Source of the DNA: Lytechinus pictus
Lineage: Eukaryota
DNA length: 64,000 nt
Reading direction: 5' to 3'
Assembly (NCBI RefSeq): GCF_037042905.1
Contig: NC_087251.1
Coordinates: 12,464,001 to 12,528,000 of the forward strand
The position numbers and the translations under genes are program-made. The notes beneath the pieces were generated by a model, which was not told where the DNA came from, made no database searches, and saw only the letters and a list, made by a program, of their open reading frames with translations. Each line of letters opens with the position of its first letter. Position 1 is the stretch's first letter. Positions 36,277 through 50,430 of this stretch are shown here, one piece after another.

Positions 36277-36722
36277 TAGACCAAAAGCTTCGGTCTCTGT
36301 TATGTTGGTTGTTCAGCTGAACTCCGTTGGCTTCACTCACCAAATACAGAGACCGAAGTTCAAGCGCGATCTGTACAGGGGACTCAATGGCCATATGTTT
36401 ATGTACTTATGATCGGATAAAACGGGGAAGTGAATTTGCGCGACAGCCGAGGTAAGTCACTGTTTTTGTTCCTTTTTACTTGATTTTTCTCAGTTTTTTG
36501 GCAATTGATGCCAAGAGGGAATATTAATTTGCATTTTGGTCGCGTGAATTTTTAAAATTTTTACTCATTAAAGACAAAAATTGAAGAGCCCCGACGGGGG
36601 GATTTTGCATTGCAAGTCCCCTAATGGTGGCTGCACGCTAGCGAGCCGTCTGTGTATGAGGAGAAATTAAAAAAAAAAAATTGTTAAAAAACTCCTCGAA
36701 ACAGACGACTGCCAGCTGTCTA
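36277..36722. mobile_element. Second copy of the TAGAC...GTCTA element
   Basis: Reverse complement of 9206-10099 minus its nested insert; CGACTACGT duplicated at 36268-36276 and 36723-36731. Confidence 0.75.
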
Positions 36723-36927
36723 CGACTACGTAGGCCATGAAGCCTGGGACACTAGGCATAGTCATGCACGTACGGCCACAAAACCTGAAACTTTCGCCCC
36801 CGAGATTTCTACTTTCCCTCTAAAAGATCTAGCCCTAAATCATGTACATGAGGTTCAACTTCATTTCCGATATTTCTGCGATATTGATTTCATTTTTAAA
36901 GAAGAATTCATTTAAAAAATGATATGA

Positions 36928-37666
36928 AAAGATGGGAAGAGCTTACGGCCGTGTTTACGTCGCCATCTTGATTTCTTTGTCTTCCGCTTGTCTTCCAATT
37001 TGCCAACTAAAAGACTTATTTCCCCTTAACTCTCAGATACACAATTACAATACACGTCAACATAACTTTATCCACCGACCTTATGTAAGAACTAATGTAT
37101 CCTTAAATTCTTTCATAACAACCTGTATCAAGGAGTGGAACAGGTTACCTTCTGATATTAGGAACTGTACAACTCTTATCGGTTTAAAGTGCAATGTAAA
37201 AAATACCTCTTTGACAATCTATTATCTTAGTTAATTTAGAAAGTTTTTCTTCCATCTCGTAGTTGGCCACCCTAGTCATATGTGTGTGTGAGTGTGTTTG
37301 TGCTGACACGTTGTTTAATGTACATTTTGTACATATTTGTAGTCGATATATCTGTTTATTATGTATTCTCCTTTGTCATTTTATACATTTAAATCTACAT
37401 CTTATTTAGAGGTATAGGGCCCCACTCACAAGCTGTGCTTCTTCGGGGTCCTAGAAAACCGTTCATATTGTATCATGTATTCTTTTGTACCATCTGATCA
37501 TGAATTGATTTGTACTCATAATATGTCTGGTTTTTTTAATAAATTGAACTTGAACTTGAACTTGGCGACAGTACGGAAATCGCGCGGTTTGCGTGCTGTC
37601 GCCAAGCGGAAGACAAAGAAATCAAGATGGCGACGTAAACACTGCTGTAAGCTCTTCCCATCTTTT
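36928..37666. repeat. Short palindromic MITE split by the LINE above
   Basis: aaagatgggaagagcttac...tccgcttg (36928-36990) is the reverse complement of caagcgga...ctcttcccatcttt (~37602-37665). Confidence 0.7.
36991..37564 (+). mobile_element. 3' fragment of a CR1/L2-group LINE
   Basis: HNYNTRQ...RTN...SF...IKEWNRLPSDIR is a typical ORF2 C-terminus; tail AATAAATTG(AACTTG)n. Confidence 0.75.
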
Positions 37667-38633
37667 CACAAACATTTGTAGTTCTGAAGCCCATCCCAAG
37701 GACCCTCCTTTTTACAATAAGCCTGTTCCAAAGCCCCCGTTTTATGTCTTGCCCGCGGCACATACATGTACTTTGTGGTTGAGTGCCCCCCCCCCCCTTG
37801 AATTTCAAGACTTTTTGATATCCAGGCCAATCTATGCGAGCGACAAGTTCCGAACGCACGTAAAAGACAATTAATGATATGAAGACAAGCAATTTGCGAT
37901 ATATTGTAAAGACGTCTATAAGTAGGCATGTCACTGTTGCGCACCCAAAATTCAGCTGACACAAAGTCTGAAACAATGCGAATGGTCTTCTGCTTGTTTT
38001 GTCAACAATTCCTTAGATGTGAGAGAATTGATTCTGAAATCATAATTTTTCATCAAATGTTTTGAATATTTAGAAATAAAATCAGCAATTTTATGGAATA
38101 AAGATATTTCATTAATTATGTAACAAAGGGTATATCATAAATGAATTGAAATCGATACTCATTGATCAAATAGGAAAATATGCAAAATACATGTAATTAT
38201 ACCTAATGTGTTACCATGATCATTTTAGATTTTCTCGTTTGTCAGAATTATGTCAATTTAAACTCGATATTACATGTAGATTGTAAAAAATGATACAAGA
38301 ATATAACTTTTGAACGAAAACTCGGATTTGTGGGTGTGGGTTCTAACTGAACAGGGGGTGGGGGGCCTGGGAAGTTGAAAAAAAATAAAATGTTCTCTCT
38401 TTGTCTATTCAATGAGATTTGGAACTGTTTCTAAATAATAAATTTAGTGAATTCACAAAGCAATCAAGGTATTCTGTCTTTAGCCAGTGGTTCCCCATAT
38501 TATAGCACATTTCACTTATCATTATGTCAGGAATTTTTCTTCCTTTCTTTTCAGTCTTTGCAGTAATGAGAAGAAGGATCATTTTCCTATTCCAAGACAC
38601 ATAGAGGAATAATTTTGATCTCTTCTTTGAGAC

Positions 38634-38712
38634 ATGAGTGATACACATCGTATAAGTCCATCCACCCCGATGGGGGAAGTAGAACACACCAATATTCTGT
38701 CACAAGATATAG
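38634..38712 (+). CDS. BTBD9: BTBD9 first coding exon
   Basis: MSDTHRISPSTPMGEVEHTNILSQDI G|gtaagt, similar to the vertebrate BTBD9 N-terminus (MSNSHPLRPFTAVGEIDHVHILSEHIG). Confidence 0.88.
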
Positions 38713-39393
38713 GTAAGTCAAACTGCCCTGGTACAAATGCAGGTTTTATTATACCCTGTAGTAAATGGAATATTTATAAGACATGCTATACATTTAGATT
38801 GTACATGTACATCATATACATCTGCAAATCGTAATTTATTTATGTGGTTTAAGGATAGTCTGTGTTTCCATTTTCTATGAAATTAGAGCTACATGTAATG
38901 GTTCAATCCGGGGGGGGGGGGGGTACTCGCATACGGGGATGTGCCGCTCCAGTGGGTCATTTTTTTAGAAAAAAAATCCTTAGACATGGGTCTTGCTATT
39001 GCAAGAAGTCCTTAGCCATGGGTCCTATTTGTCAACTGAATAATCCTTAGACATGGGTCCGTTTCTGAAAAAAAAACTTTATAAGTGTCCCCAGGAAAAG
39101 CACTGACTTCATAATGTATTTTGTGATGGTCTCATTGTTTAAAAAAAGCAGAATTAATCTGGAAAATGTGTCTATATTTTGAAAGAAAATCCTTAGGCAT
39201 GGGTCTGTATTTTGAGAAAAATCCTTAGACATGGGTACTTGTTTACGGTCAAATGACCCTTAGAAATGGCTAAGGGTTTCAAGCCCCGAGCCTCACACCC
39301 CTGTCCAATGAGAGCACATTTTTATGGGAACTTTTATCGGATCATGTTCAGCCTGCATGCATGCTGAGAAAAAAAAAACAGGAGGGCATTTAA

Positions 39394-40060
39394 AGGTAAA
39401 AGACAGTAGTTGAAGCAAACAATCATTTCATAAGAAAGTCTTTTAAATCAAGGTTTATTACCACCACATTATCATACATCTAGATCTGGGCCCCGTCTTA
39501 CAAAGAGTTGTGATTGATCCAATCAATCGCAACTATGGAAAGCCAGCAAAGTCAACATATAAAATGCAATTTTATTTTTCAAAATTCTATATATGAATGT
39601 ATATCCGTAAATTCATTGATTTCTTGACAATTTGGTGCGATGTCCTTTGTTTACAAAGGACATTTTGCAAATTTCCTGTAGAAAAAATTATGATACTGAT
39701 GGATTTCCATGGAGTTAAGATTGATTGGATCAATCGTAACTCTCTGTAAGACGGACACCTGGTACATTATTGTAAACTTATCTTTGTAAAATCATGAAAT
39801 CTTAGCTCAAAATCGATAATACTGATGATCACTAACACAGAAAAGCATATGTTGGACAGTGTATTGATATTGCTTCGAAGAATACCCCACATTTGATGGA
39901 ATTCTATGCTTATTTTGCTCATTTCTCAGCAATAACACATTTTCTTCCAGAGCAGTTTGGCACATATTTTTTATTTATATATACCAACACTTAAGTGGTA
40001 ATTTCATTGGATTCTGTTTGAACTTATTTTGAGATTGTTACCACAACTGGTATTTATCTT
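39394..40060. mobile_element. Kolobok-like MITE with a nested Harbinger-like MITE (39489-39758, CTG TSD)
   Basis: aggtaaaagacagtagttg ... caactggtatttatct; inner TIR ccgtcttacaaagag / ctctctgtaagacgg. Confidence 0.6.
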
Positions 40061-40451
40061 CAATCCGTGTTAGTGTTTTCTATGTTTACATTTGCTTAAA
40101 AATAGTTTTTATGATGATAGATGTTTATTTGGAATTTTGATACTTTTTTTTTATTTTGTGTGATTTTTTTTGTTCGATATTTTTTAATCAATCTATATTT
40201 TCTTGTATTTTTTAATTTTTATGGGGTAGTATGTAGTTTATCTTCTATCTTTGATATTTTGTAATGTAATTGTACACATGGTTTAGACATATAACTTTAT
40301 TTAATTAGTCACATCCCGGTACATGGAAAAAGATGGGTTTTTATATTCAATATTCAAATCAAGATTGGGAGGTTATATTTCCCTAGGAATCACTTTATCT
40401 CATACCTGTTCATGTGCCATTAAAAAATCATTCAACTTATGTCCATTTTAG

Positions 40452-40557
40452 GTCATCTTTTTTCCAATGAGGAATACAGCGATATAACTCTTGTTGTGGA
40501 AAATCAGAAATTCCATGCACACCGTGTCATCCTAGCTGCAAGATGTCAGTATTTCAG
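40452..40557 (+). CDS. BTBD9: BTBD9 coding exon 2 (BTB domain start)
   Basis: ttttag| GHLFSNEEYSDITLVVENQKFHAHRVILAARCQYF AG|gtgaga; canonical BTB SD-x-T-L...HRVILAARxxYF motif. Confidence 0.95.
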
Positions 40558-40736
40558 GTGAGATGCAAAAATTTAATTTTAGGGCTGAGTCAAGTCAAAT
40601 TTTTCTTCCCGGTTTCTAATGGACCGGTCACCGGTCTGAATCCGGTATTCAGAAAACTGAGGTCAGAAAAACTTAGGAAAAGTCCGAATTTATAAATTTC
40701 TTGTTGCTAACAATTGAAATTTTTCATAAATCTAAG

Positions 40737-41550
40737 GATGTTCCCCAGTTATGTTTGTGCGTATCTTGATCTGCGCATATTTGCGCAGTGACATCAAATC
40801 AGCTTCACGTATCATCTTTTTTTTTTTCCCGTGATATGCTCTCTAACTGCAGATCTAATGTATTATTTTATGAAGCTATTAGCTGAAAATAATCCATGGA
40901 CCAACTTTCAAAATTTCTCTACAACTTCATAGTACTTTCTTCTGCGTTTTGGTGTGTTTTAAAATCACATTTGCTTCAACAAAAGTGCTGATACTTTGAA
41001 AACAAGTGCATGAACCCCCATTTTTTTAATGTCCACACCTCTTAAGTATACTTTCCTCTACAACTTTGCAAATTTTGGTGAAAATGACCTGGATTTTGTA
41101 TTAATTGCAGCATTTATTGTACTTCTCAAATTTGTTACAGAATTTCAAATATTTTGGATATGATCTTGTCGTTTTCACCTCATTGTTTTAGAATTGAAGG
41201 TGCTTCTAACCTTAAAAGTGCAAATGGATATATCAATATAGATTAATTTGCCATCTTTGGTATACAATCCTGAACTAAATTGTAAAATCTGATGAAATTT
41301 ACATGGATTTTATTTGTGAGTAATAATGGTTTAAACCCAACATTGTGATCTTGTTAGGTCTAAAAATTCCCAGTGCTTTTGATTGCATAATTCTCGAGAA
41401 CTTTCAATTTGGTGAACTTCAGAGCAGGATAGCAAAAAATCAAGAACCCATGTTGATTTTTGCATTTTTTTTAAATATTTAGGTTCTAAAGTAACTCTGT
41501 GCAAAATTTGGTGAAAATGACTTGGGTTTCATTTTGACTGTGGAACATCC
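40737..41550. mobile_element. Inverted copy of the 2137-3072 family
   Basis: ggatgttccccagtt ... gactgtggaacatcc|ttaa, with internal homology to 2137-3072. Confidence 0.7.
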
Positions 41551-43089
41551 TTAATATTTAGGAAAATGCATTTAAGCATCAATTATCAGAAAATATTCAT
41601 GTATGAAATTTTTTATCATGATGCATACGTGTTTTAAAGAAAAAAGACAAATTGCACACATTTTTGGAAGCACACAGAATGCCATGTTGAGTTTTCATTT
41701 ATTTTTATCTCACAGCATTACTTTAATATATATTTTTCCACAAAACACTTGCAAGCATCATACATGTACATACACAGTACAGTACATGTACATGTGTCAC
41801 TCACCCAGTGCTATAAAAACAGTGCTCCTTCATGTATTAAAAAAACCTTTCTTTAAATTAAATAGTTTGCCTACATGTAAGTTCCAAAATTAGTCATATT
41901 GGCAAGCAATATCCCTCAGTATCCCAGTTTGATTGCATGTGACCTTATGACATCATCATTGTTACATGTATCTTCTCACTCAATTTTAAATCAATAGGCC
42001 ACATAGTTACATGTAACTCCTTGATAAAACATGTTACAATGACAAATTTGCAATAACACTACTACTGAAATGATGAAATCACTTTGATTGGCTTTAACTT
42101 ATAGAAATTGTGCATAAATAGGAAGTCTTTATGAAACAGGACCGTAATCAAGATTAATCTGCTTTCCTCAAATTGGCAACAATTATTGATTTTCTATTTA
42201 TTTTCATACTTTGAAAAAATTGCATATCATGATATAACAATAACAAAAGTTGCCAATTTGTAAACAGTGGTGTTATATTTCGTTGTCAATTTAGAAATAG
42301 TACCATGTTAGAGGGGAATCTAACCCAAATTAAACTTGTTTTTAGAGGAAAAAGAAAAATCTGACAAGTTTAGCAATATCGGACAAACAATAAAAATTTA
42401 TGAATTTTTACAAGTTGTAAATATTGGTAATAACCGATATCCATGAAGACTTCAAATTGGCTGCAGTGATGTAAGGCAAGGAGTACTCTTCCATGTACTT
42501 CGATACATAAAATGGCTAAAATGTCATTTTTTTCTTATTGATTGTCTGATTTCTTTCAAATTTTCAACATTCTGTTCTACTTATTTTTCTCCTGTCCAAC
42601 ACTACATTTTATGACCAAGCCTGGATTCCCCTTTAAATGACTTTTATAATTTACAAATCAACAAATAGCATCACTTTCAGTATGTTTTTTTTTCATATTC
42701 CACACATATGATTGAAACATGTACATGAATAGGATAAAGAGATACTGCAATATTTTTTGCATGTAGATGTATCCATGTGTAGATTATATTTTGTACAGTC
42801 TAACCCAAGCATCTACTCAATTTTTTTGCAATATATGCCCATACATGTACATGTAGACATGCACGTACATGTATGTGGGTTAATTTGACTCTCCAGGCAG
42901 CAAACAATGTATAAATTACAGAAAATTGACAAATTTCTATTGGAAAAAAAAAAATCCTCTTTATTCTATTCTCAATCACTAAAACAAAATTGTGAATTTG
43001 TTTTCCCTTTTTTAAAGATTTACTTGCCCTTTTTTTTGCATTTCTGCTGTAAAATTAAAGCTGAACTCATCATGTTTGATTGTCCCTTT

Positions 43090-45672
43090 AGAGGATGCAC
43101 TGGGCTGAAAATATTTCCGTCTAAATAAATAAAGTAAAATTCACAAAGCAAAATGCTGAAAATTTCATTGTAATCTGATAATAGAGAGGGAAGATATGGA
43201 TTCCATGGAATTTAATAAAAGTTTAGTAATATATTGTGAAAAACAGTTATATGCACGTCATCATGAATATATTCATTAGATGGGCTGATGATGTCACATT
43301 CCCACTTTCTTTTTGTCATTACAAGAAATCATAATTGTTTAATTTTTTCATACATGTACATGTGTGAATAATATGTCTCCCCTGTAATGAAATAAGTTGC
43401 AGTGGCGTACCAGGAAAATTTAAAAAAACGAGAAAAGGGAGGGAGAAAAAAAGGGAAAGGCAGAGCTGCCAAGTAGTACGATTTTTCCGTATTTAGTACG
43501 TTTTTGCAACCAAAATACGGCAGTACGTTTTTTTTTATTTATTTTTTTACAAAATCGAAATTTATTGAGAAAAATCATCTCTATATGTCTCTATTTCATA
43601 AAACGTACACAAATATGGTGTTTTTTTTCAATCATTTTGTAAAAACCAGGGTGAGATATACACAAGTTTCAATGTTGTTTTTTTTTTCATCTGCAAGAGC
43701 AGTGCACATTTTAGCTTGCATGCAGCTTGAGCGCCGTGATGGGCGAGTGCGCCAAGCATTTTATTATGAAATACACTTTTTGGGGGGAAAATACAAAATA
43801 TTTATCTCACACGGTAAAAATACTGATTTTTTTGTCAAAATACTGATTTTTGGGGATAAGAATACTGAAAATGCTAAATACAACTTGGCAGCTCTGGAAA
43901 GGGGAAGGAAAGGGGGAAAGGAAAGGGGAAAGCGAAAGGAGGAAAAGGAAAGGGAAAAGTGAAAAGAAAACGAAGATAAAATATTTTTTTTAATGGAAAA
44001 GGAAGGAAGGAAAGCAGGAAAAGGAACGAAAGAAGAACATTTGAGAAACAACGAATCATTCCGAGATAGGCCTTACCTATGTAAATAAAAATGCAATAGC
44101 ATGATGGGAAATAAATTTAAAGATAGCGGGAAATGAAGTTAGAATGGAATTAGTCAAAAGCTAAATTGGAAAACGAAGAAAAGGGACAAGAAAAAAAAAC
44201 TTAATAACATGACCGGGCTGCCGTGGATTGAAAATAAAGAGGGGGAAGAAAGATGGACTGCATACAACATTGCATGCTATAAGCTTGCTAAATTTTATGC
44301 AAATAAGCTGCCGGGGCTTTGCCCCAGACCCCACGCAGTAGGGGCTCTTCATCTATAACCTTCAAATGGCTTTATAACTCCCCCCATAGGGACCCTTCCT
44401 ACATAAGCTTTACATTCAATCACTGGCGTACAGGCGTGGGGGGGTCTTGGTTCCACACCCAAGAGGAAATAAAAGAAATTATAGGAGACAACGTATAATG
44501 AAAGAAATGGAAACAATGAAATGTATATTTTGCTGAATAAAAAAATCTATCATATAATTAGAATTTAATTTCAATAGGCAATCTTTTTTTTCAGTTCGCT
44601 TTGCTCGCTGGCAAGCATTGCTATGTTGCTACATGTATGTTGTGTCCCCTCAAAATATTTGGTTCATTACGCAACTGGGTTGAATAAATGTGTTGTGTAA
44701 AAGCTGTATTCTGTATATACCCGCGATATTTGATTAAAAATAGTGGCAATCTGTGAGGTTTAAATGGCTTTGATTACAAGAAGTTCCGGGGGCCCCGCCC
44801 CGGACCCCAAACGCATAGCGCACTGTCGTATATGAGTATGGTAGGGTTGGGCCATGGCCCCCAAAAGTTCTACAACCAAGAACAAAAAACGAGGAGGAAA
44901 GGAAAGCAAAGGAAAAGTGTAGGATATGAGTTTTTACTAAATATGATGTCAAAACATATCTCAAAGTTAGATTCTCATGAAAAGGTGATTTTTTTCTCGC
45001 TCGCTTCGCTCGCTCAGGATTTATATATTAAGCAGCTTTTATAGCACATGCGCCATACTGCGCCCCTTTTTTTTTTTTTTCCTTTTTTTACTCTTCACGC
45101 TACTGCCGCAAAGAATCCTGTTCACAGTGGCGTACAGACCACAAAAAAGGGAATGGAAAGAGAGAAGGGTGAATATATTATTCTCTGGATATCACAAAAT
45201 TGGATTTTTGTATTAAAAATGTATAATTTAAAAAGATAAATTCCGCCCGATATGCAATATCTGGCCCTGCATTACACCATTACGCCTGTTCATACCATGA
45301 TATGACCGGGAAATTTTTGGCTCTTGCCCCCCCTGGCCACCGACCCCTGTTACGCCGCTGATAAGTTGCAGCAATTAATATATACATGAAGTGCACTTAA
45401 TCAGTTGTTATTCCAATATTTTTGGTTCTTGAAGGAAAAATTGAATAAACCTAATTTCATATGATAAAATACTATAAATTCAAGTTGGGATATGACTTCA
45501 TCAGTTTGCTCATTGAATATTCATGAAGACATGCCTACATGCAGAACTGTTTCACCGGAATAATGAAAATCTGTTTTTCCTTGTTAGATTTTGATCGAAT
45601 TTTTAGTGTTTTGTTTGTCTTATTTTTCTTAATCTGTTCAAATCATATTATTTTCACCCTGGAGTACCCCTT
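43090..45672. mobile_element. Three-level nest: Kolobok-like MITE > hAT-like element (43400-45360) > inner MITE (43461-43896)
   Basis: ATAAGTTG duplicated at 43392-43399 and 45361-45368 around CAGTGGCGTA...TACGCCGCTG; inner TIR CAGAGCTGCCAAG/CTTGGCAGCTCTG. Confidence 0.7.
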
Positions 45673-47146
45673 TAAGGTAATCATAATTCATACAGGTCTA
45701 CATTGTGACAATATTCAATTACCAATTTGTGTGTATACATGTACAGTAAAACAAAATACATGTACATGTACACAATATCATTTACTGAGCAGTAGAATAG
45801 TGGTACTGCATTTCATGAATATATAGAAGCTGCCCTCCTGAATTACGAGTTAATCTGAACATAATTATCAATGCTGCCACAATGTGGTCAGAAGTTATTT
45901 AAGGTTTATCCTTCATTAATTGTTGTACCTCTGAGCTTCTAAATTTTACTTACGGTAGTTGATTGTACTTCGTGATAAAACATGAGACTACATTTTCCTC
46001 AAGAAACCCCTTCAAATTATGATGCTGGAACTACAATGTACAAATATAATTTTATTTTTTAAATTAAGGTTAGTATTATTTACAGAATTATAGTAGGCCT
46101 ACATATGTACATTCAGTTATTTATGGTAAGTTCAAGTATTGAATGTCATGTGACAGAGATTAGTTGGCAGTAAACCTGGGGAAACGAGAGTATGCATTGC
46201 ATCTAAAATTCTTAATATAAATATAACTTTAATTCAATAATAAATGTCATCCAATATTTGTCCACATCGAATGTTCAGTTTCATGCATTGCATTGTCAGG
46301 CTTAAGATGCATTTGTCTCTTTATTGCACATCTTTTATATACTAGAGGCCTACCTAGTCTGCTTGATGTGAAACAATGAAATGTAAAATTTCTGCCATAT
46401 TAGTGTGTGTGATTTATTGCCAGCCAAGAGCAGATGCTATAAAATCAATCTTGACGTCAATCGATGTATTATTTTAGCACCACAGGGAGATGGCTTGCAA
46501 CCTATGAAATATTTTAAGGATAGATCTGTGGTTTTATGTGCTTTCATTCTTTGTCAAGATTTGAATTTTAATTAATATCTTGATTGTTATGTCTGTTTGT
46601 TTCTTCCCTGCATGTTCATGAACATTTTATTGATCCAACAATATTAATTAAAATGCTCAATTTAGTTTTTGTTATGAGGAACAATGAGAACTAAGAAAAA
46701 CAAATAAAAAGGAAGAAAGCAAAGAAAAAAAATTATAAAAAGGGAGAAAAATAGGGAAGACAGGAACAATGAAAAGAAAGAAGTATACAGCTTGGGAAAT
46801 AATTATTACACCGGTAGTCCAGACTGGATCTGAGACCTTTTAATAAGTAGGAAAGAGATCTGATTATTCATTAACTATATATATGCATACATGTACATGT
46901 ATGATACTCATATTTTACTGACCTACATTTTTACATGTAGGCCTACCTGTCATACACAAAATTTGCAAGAGTTACAACTTACAAAAATATAAAACACAGT
47001 GTACAATTATCTACATGTACAAGGGTTCTTGAAATAAAAGTTAAGGAAGTTTCAATGAATTTTGATGTTAACAAGTACATTGTAAATTGATCATTTTGCA
47101 ATTGAAATGGGCAATGGGATTTGTTCTTTCTTCTTGATCACAATTA

Positions 47147-47868
47147 CTGTAAAAGTGGAAGTTTTTGCGGCAAGATCGGTGAGCGCGAATTTAAAAACAC
47201 ACAAATTTATGAGCATCTATTTTTATAATGCAAGTTTTGAACCGCGGTTCAATTGTGTGTATCGTTTTGGCAAAGAGACTGCATAATTTGACCTGTATAG
47301 AGGGTAACATTTAAGCAAGCAAGCTTGAGCTCCAAAATCATATGCATCGCGAGAATTTGTTCCAATGTGATCATTTTTTTTCAGTATTCAAATTATGATT
47401 TTGCTCGAAGTATAAGTTGCTTTTGCTGTTTGATTGGTAAGTGTTTAGATCTGTTTAGTTTTTAAGAAGAGGTCTTGTGGATTGCCCAGATTTGTAGATT
47501 GATCCCATGCACTTTAAATAGCCGTAATCCCACTGGTCTTTACCCGGTCCTCGGCCATCCATACCAGGCCAGCAGCGCCTCCATTTTGCCTTCCCCGATG
47601 TCCACCCTGCAAAGAAAATTTGTGCTATATGTCACAAAAGCTCATGATTGGATCAAAACAATGCTGAATTGTGCCGCTTTAGAGATAGAATTATGATCAG
47701 AAAATACAATTTCGTTACTAAAATGTTAACTAAAACCATTGACAGATGGGCAAGAAGGAAGTGACTTTGTGATTATGGAGTGTACAGCGCAAATTCAAGA
47801 ACCCGAGAATATGTTTTGAAACCGCCAAGCACGAAAAACTAATTCCGTGAAAATAACAGTGTTTACGG
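47147..47868. mobile_element. TA-flanked MITE
   Basis: tactgtaaaa ... gtttacggta, imperfect TIR. Confidence 0.45.
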
Positions 47869-48072
47869 TATGTCTCTTGTTGCCAAATACATTTATTTCA
47901 TTTTTATCTATCATTTATTTTGAATAACACAATGGGTTCAACTAAGTATGAAGGTTAGGAAGGACATCCCATTCTAAGTGTGAATTCTTTTGTAGTTCCT
48001 CAGATACATGTATACATGTACATGTAGGGCAGTAGGCATTTATAGTCTTTATGATATATACCAGCAATTGGA

Positions 48073-48528
48073 GGGGAAGTTCACCCTGATAATATTAAAG
48101 TTGGTTTTAATAATTGCAGAACAATTCCATTAATTTGTCAGGCAAGGTTCGATTCTTGAACTGTGTGATTCACATGTATTGTGATGTCTCAGACGAGCAG
48201 CTCCTCCATGTGTGTTGTGTGATATGAATTCCCCAAAAAGCAATTTTCTCAAAAATTTGAAAGTGATTTCATTTGATTGGTGGATATGTCAGATCTATAC
48301 ATTTTATATCAGCTTTGATAAAAAAAAACTTGTATTTATCATATTCCATTAAAAGTTGGAATTTATGGAATTTGTATTATATAATAGGTAAGCTGCTAGC
48401 ATATGACATCACAAATCTGAAATGATAAAAAATCTCAAGTCTCTTTAATACGCATTGATGGATTTCATCAGATCTTCAATATTCTGCTTTCATGGAAACC
48501 AATATATTTTCAGTGTGAACTTCCCCTT
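48073..48528. mobile_element. Kolobok-like MITE (related copy ~54356-54773)
   Basis: aggggaagttcaccctga ... gtgtgaacttcccct. Confidence 0.6.
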
Positions 48529-49376
48529 TAGTGCATCAGGTTCATGTACCTTTTTCTTTTTGTTTTGGGGTTGACATGTTACCATGTAAATAAAAAGCAA
48601 TTATCTGAAGGATGGTCACTTTCAAGTATCAATTTAATGATAAGTTTAGTGGTCATTTTACACCAAGTGTGGTTAATGTTTGACTGACTGAAGCACTCTC
48701 CTATAAAAGGTTTATATACACTGTAGGAATGCTAATAGATGCAAAGTGCACATTGCCCTTTCATAATAATGCATTTAAGTAGGTCATGTCTGAATGCTCA
48801 GAGTGTAACGTGTACATTGTATGAACCTAAACGTTCAATAAGGTATGATGTACATGTTCATCTAGGTTTCTCGTGAATATTAGATACACTTTTACGAAGT
48901 CTGTTATCAACCACTATTTATGAAATCAGAATATCATTAGTATTAATCGGGCCTGTAAAATTTGTTGAAGTTATTGATATTTAAGTGTATTTTTTTTCTT
49001 CATAAGAACACATTATTTTAAAGATACATGTACATGTACATGTATATAATTAAAAAAAATCAAGACTCAATACAATATTGGATTCATGGGCAGCCCCACA
49101 TGGGGAGGGAGTCTAGATCTGGATGTTAGTAGTTATTTGATTTGAAAATCCTACACTCACACAACAACATCAGTCCTCCCTCTTTTCACCTTCTCCTATA
49201 GGTGAAAAGAGAGAGGACTGATGGTGGTGTATGAGTGAGTGTAGGATTTTCAAAACAAATAACTACTAACATCCATATCTAGACTAGGGGGAGGTGAAGG
49301 GGGTGATTGTCCCCTGAGATGTTCCACTTTGAAGAAAAAAAAGAAGAAAAGGAACGAAAGATGTGGTTTTGATCTT

Positions 49377-50191
49377 TAGGGACAGTGATTTTCCGCGATC
49401 GCGGAAAACGGACGGAATTCACGGAAAGGGCCTTTTGAAACGGAAAGTGGCATTTCAAACGGAAAATCACGGAAAACGTATTTTCCCTCAAAATACACAG
49501 AATAGCAACAGAAATTACTCCAAAATCACAGCAAAATGAGAATATTAAATGGCCAAAAAAACCCAGAAAACACGATCTCACTTCGCTACTATCATGACAA
49601 TTCACACATCGTGACTGCACTCGACATCAGCACACTCGTTTGTACCCCGCACCGTAGCCGTACCCGGCCGGCCGGCCGGGTTGGGCTTCACATATGCACA
49701 CATATCGTTCAACTACATGTACACGGTCGTGTGTTGCTGCCCTCTACGTTTGAAGATGTAACAGCACGATATCGTGGTCTTAAAATCCAAGATGGCGGAT
49801 TGGGGAAAAGCCGTTGACTGATGATAACGATGTCCAAAAACCCCCAAAATTATCGATGAAATATCATTTCACCGTGAAATAATGCTAATAATATGAAAGG
49901 TGAGGATGTATGCATGCAAAATGGGTGTGTAAAAATATTTTATGCACCCGCATAGATCCGATTAGAACGGATTTTATTGTGTTGTTGGTACAGTAGCAGA
50001 TACAAATTTTGACCAGTGCGAGTGTGCGTGTTGTGATTTTGCTATTCAATGTGTAAACGGAATTGTCACTTTTCCGTGTGTACAAAGTCTATGGGGAAAC
50101 GGAATTTCCGTTTTCTGACATGCTGAAACGGAATTTGAGATTTTCTGAAACGGAAAAGGCAATTTTTTTAAACGGAAAATCACTGTCCCTA
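49377..50191. mobile_element. hAT-like MITE with acggaa subrepeats
   Basis: TAGGGACAGTGATTTTCCG ... CGGAAAATCACTGTCCCTA; GATCTT duplicated on both sides. Confidence 0.75.
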
Positions 50192-50430
50192 GATCTTGTA
50201 TTGTCTTGGGACTGAATAAATTAGTTAAAAGTGATAAGATCAGTCACATGTTACAGTGTTAAAGGAGATTTAATGGTACATTTAATAGTTACAGTGTATT
50301 TTTATATAAAAATTGAAATAAGAGAGATGAAACATACATTGAAAATGTGATTATAGTTTCTTCTTCCTCTTTCTCTCCATCCTCTCCCATCCCCTCCCCA
50401 CCACCTCTCCCTCTGTCTCTCATCCTACAG

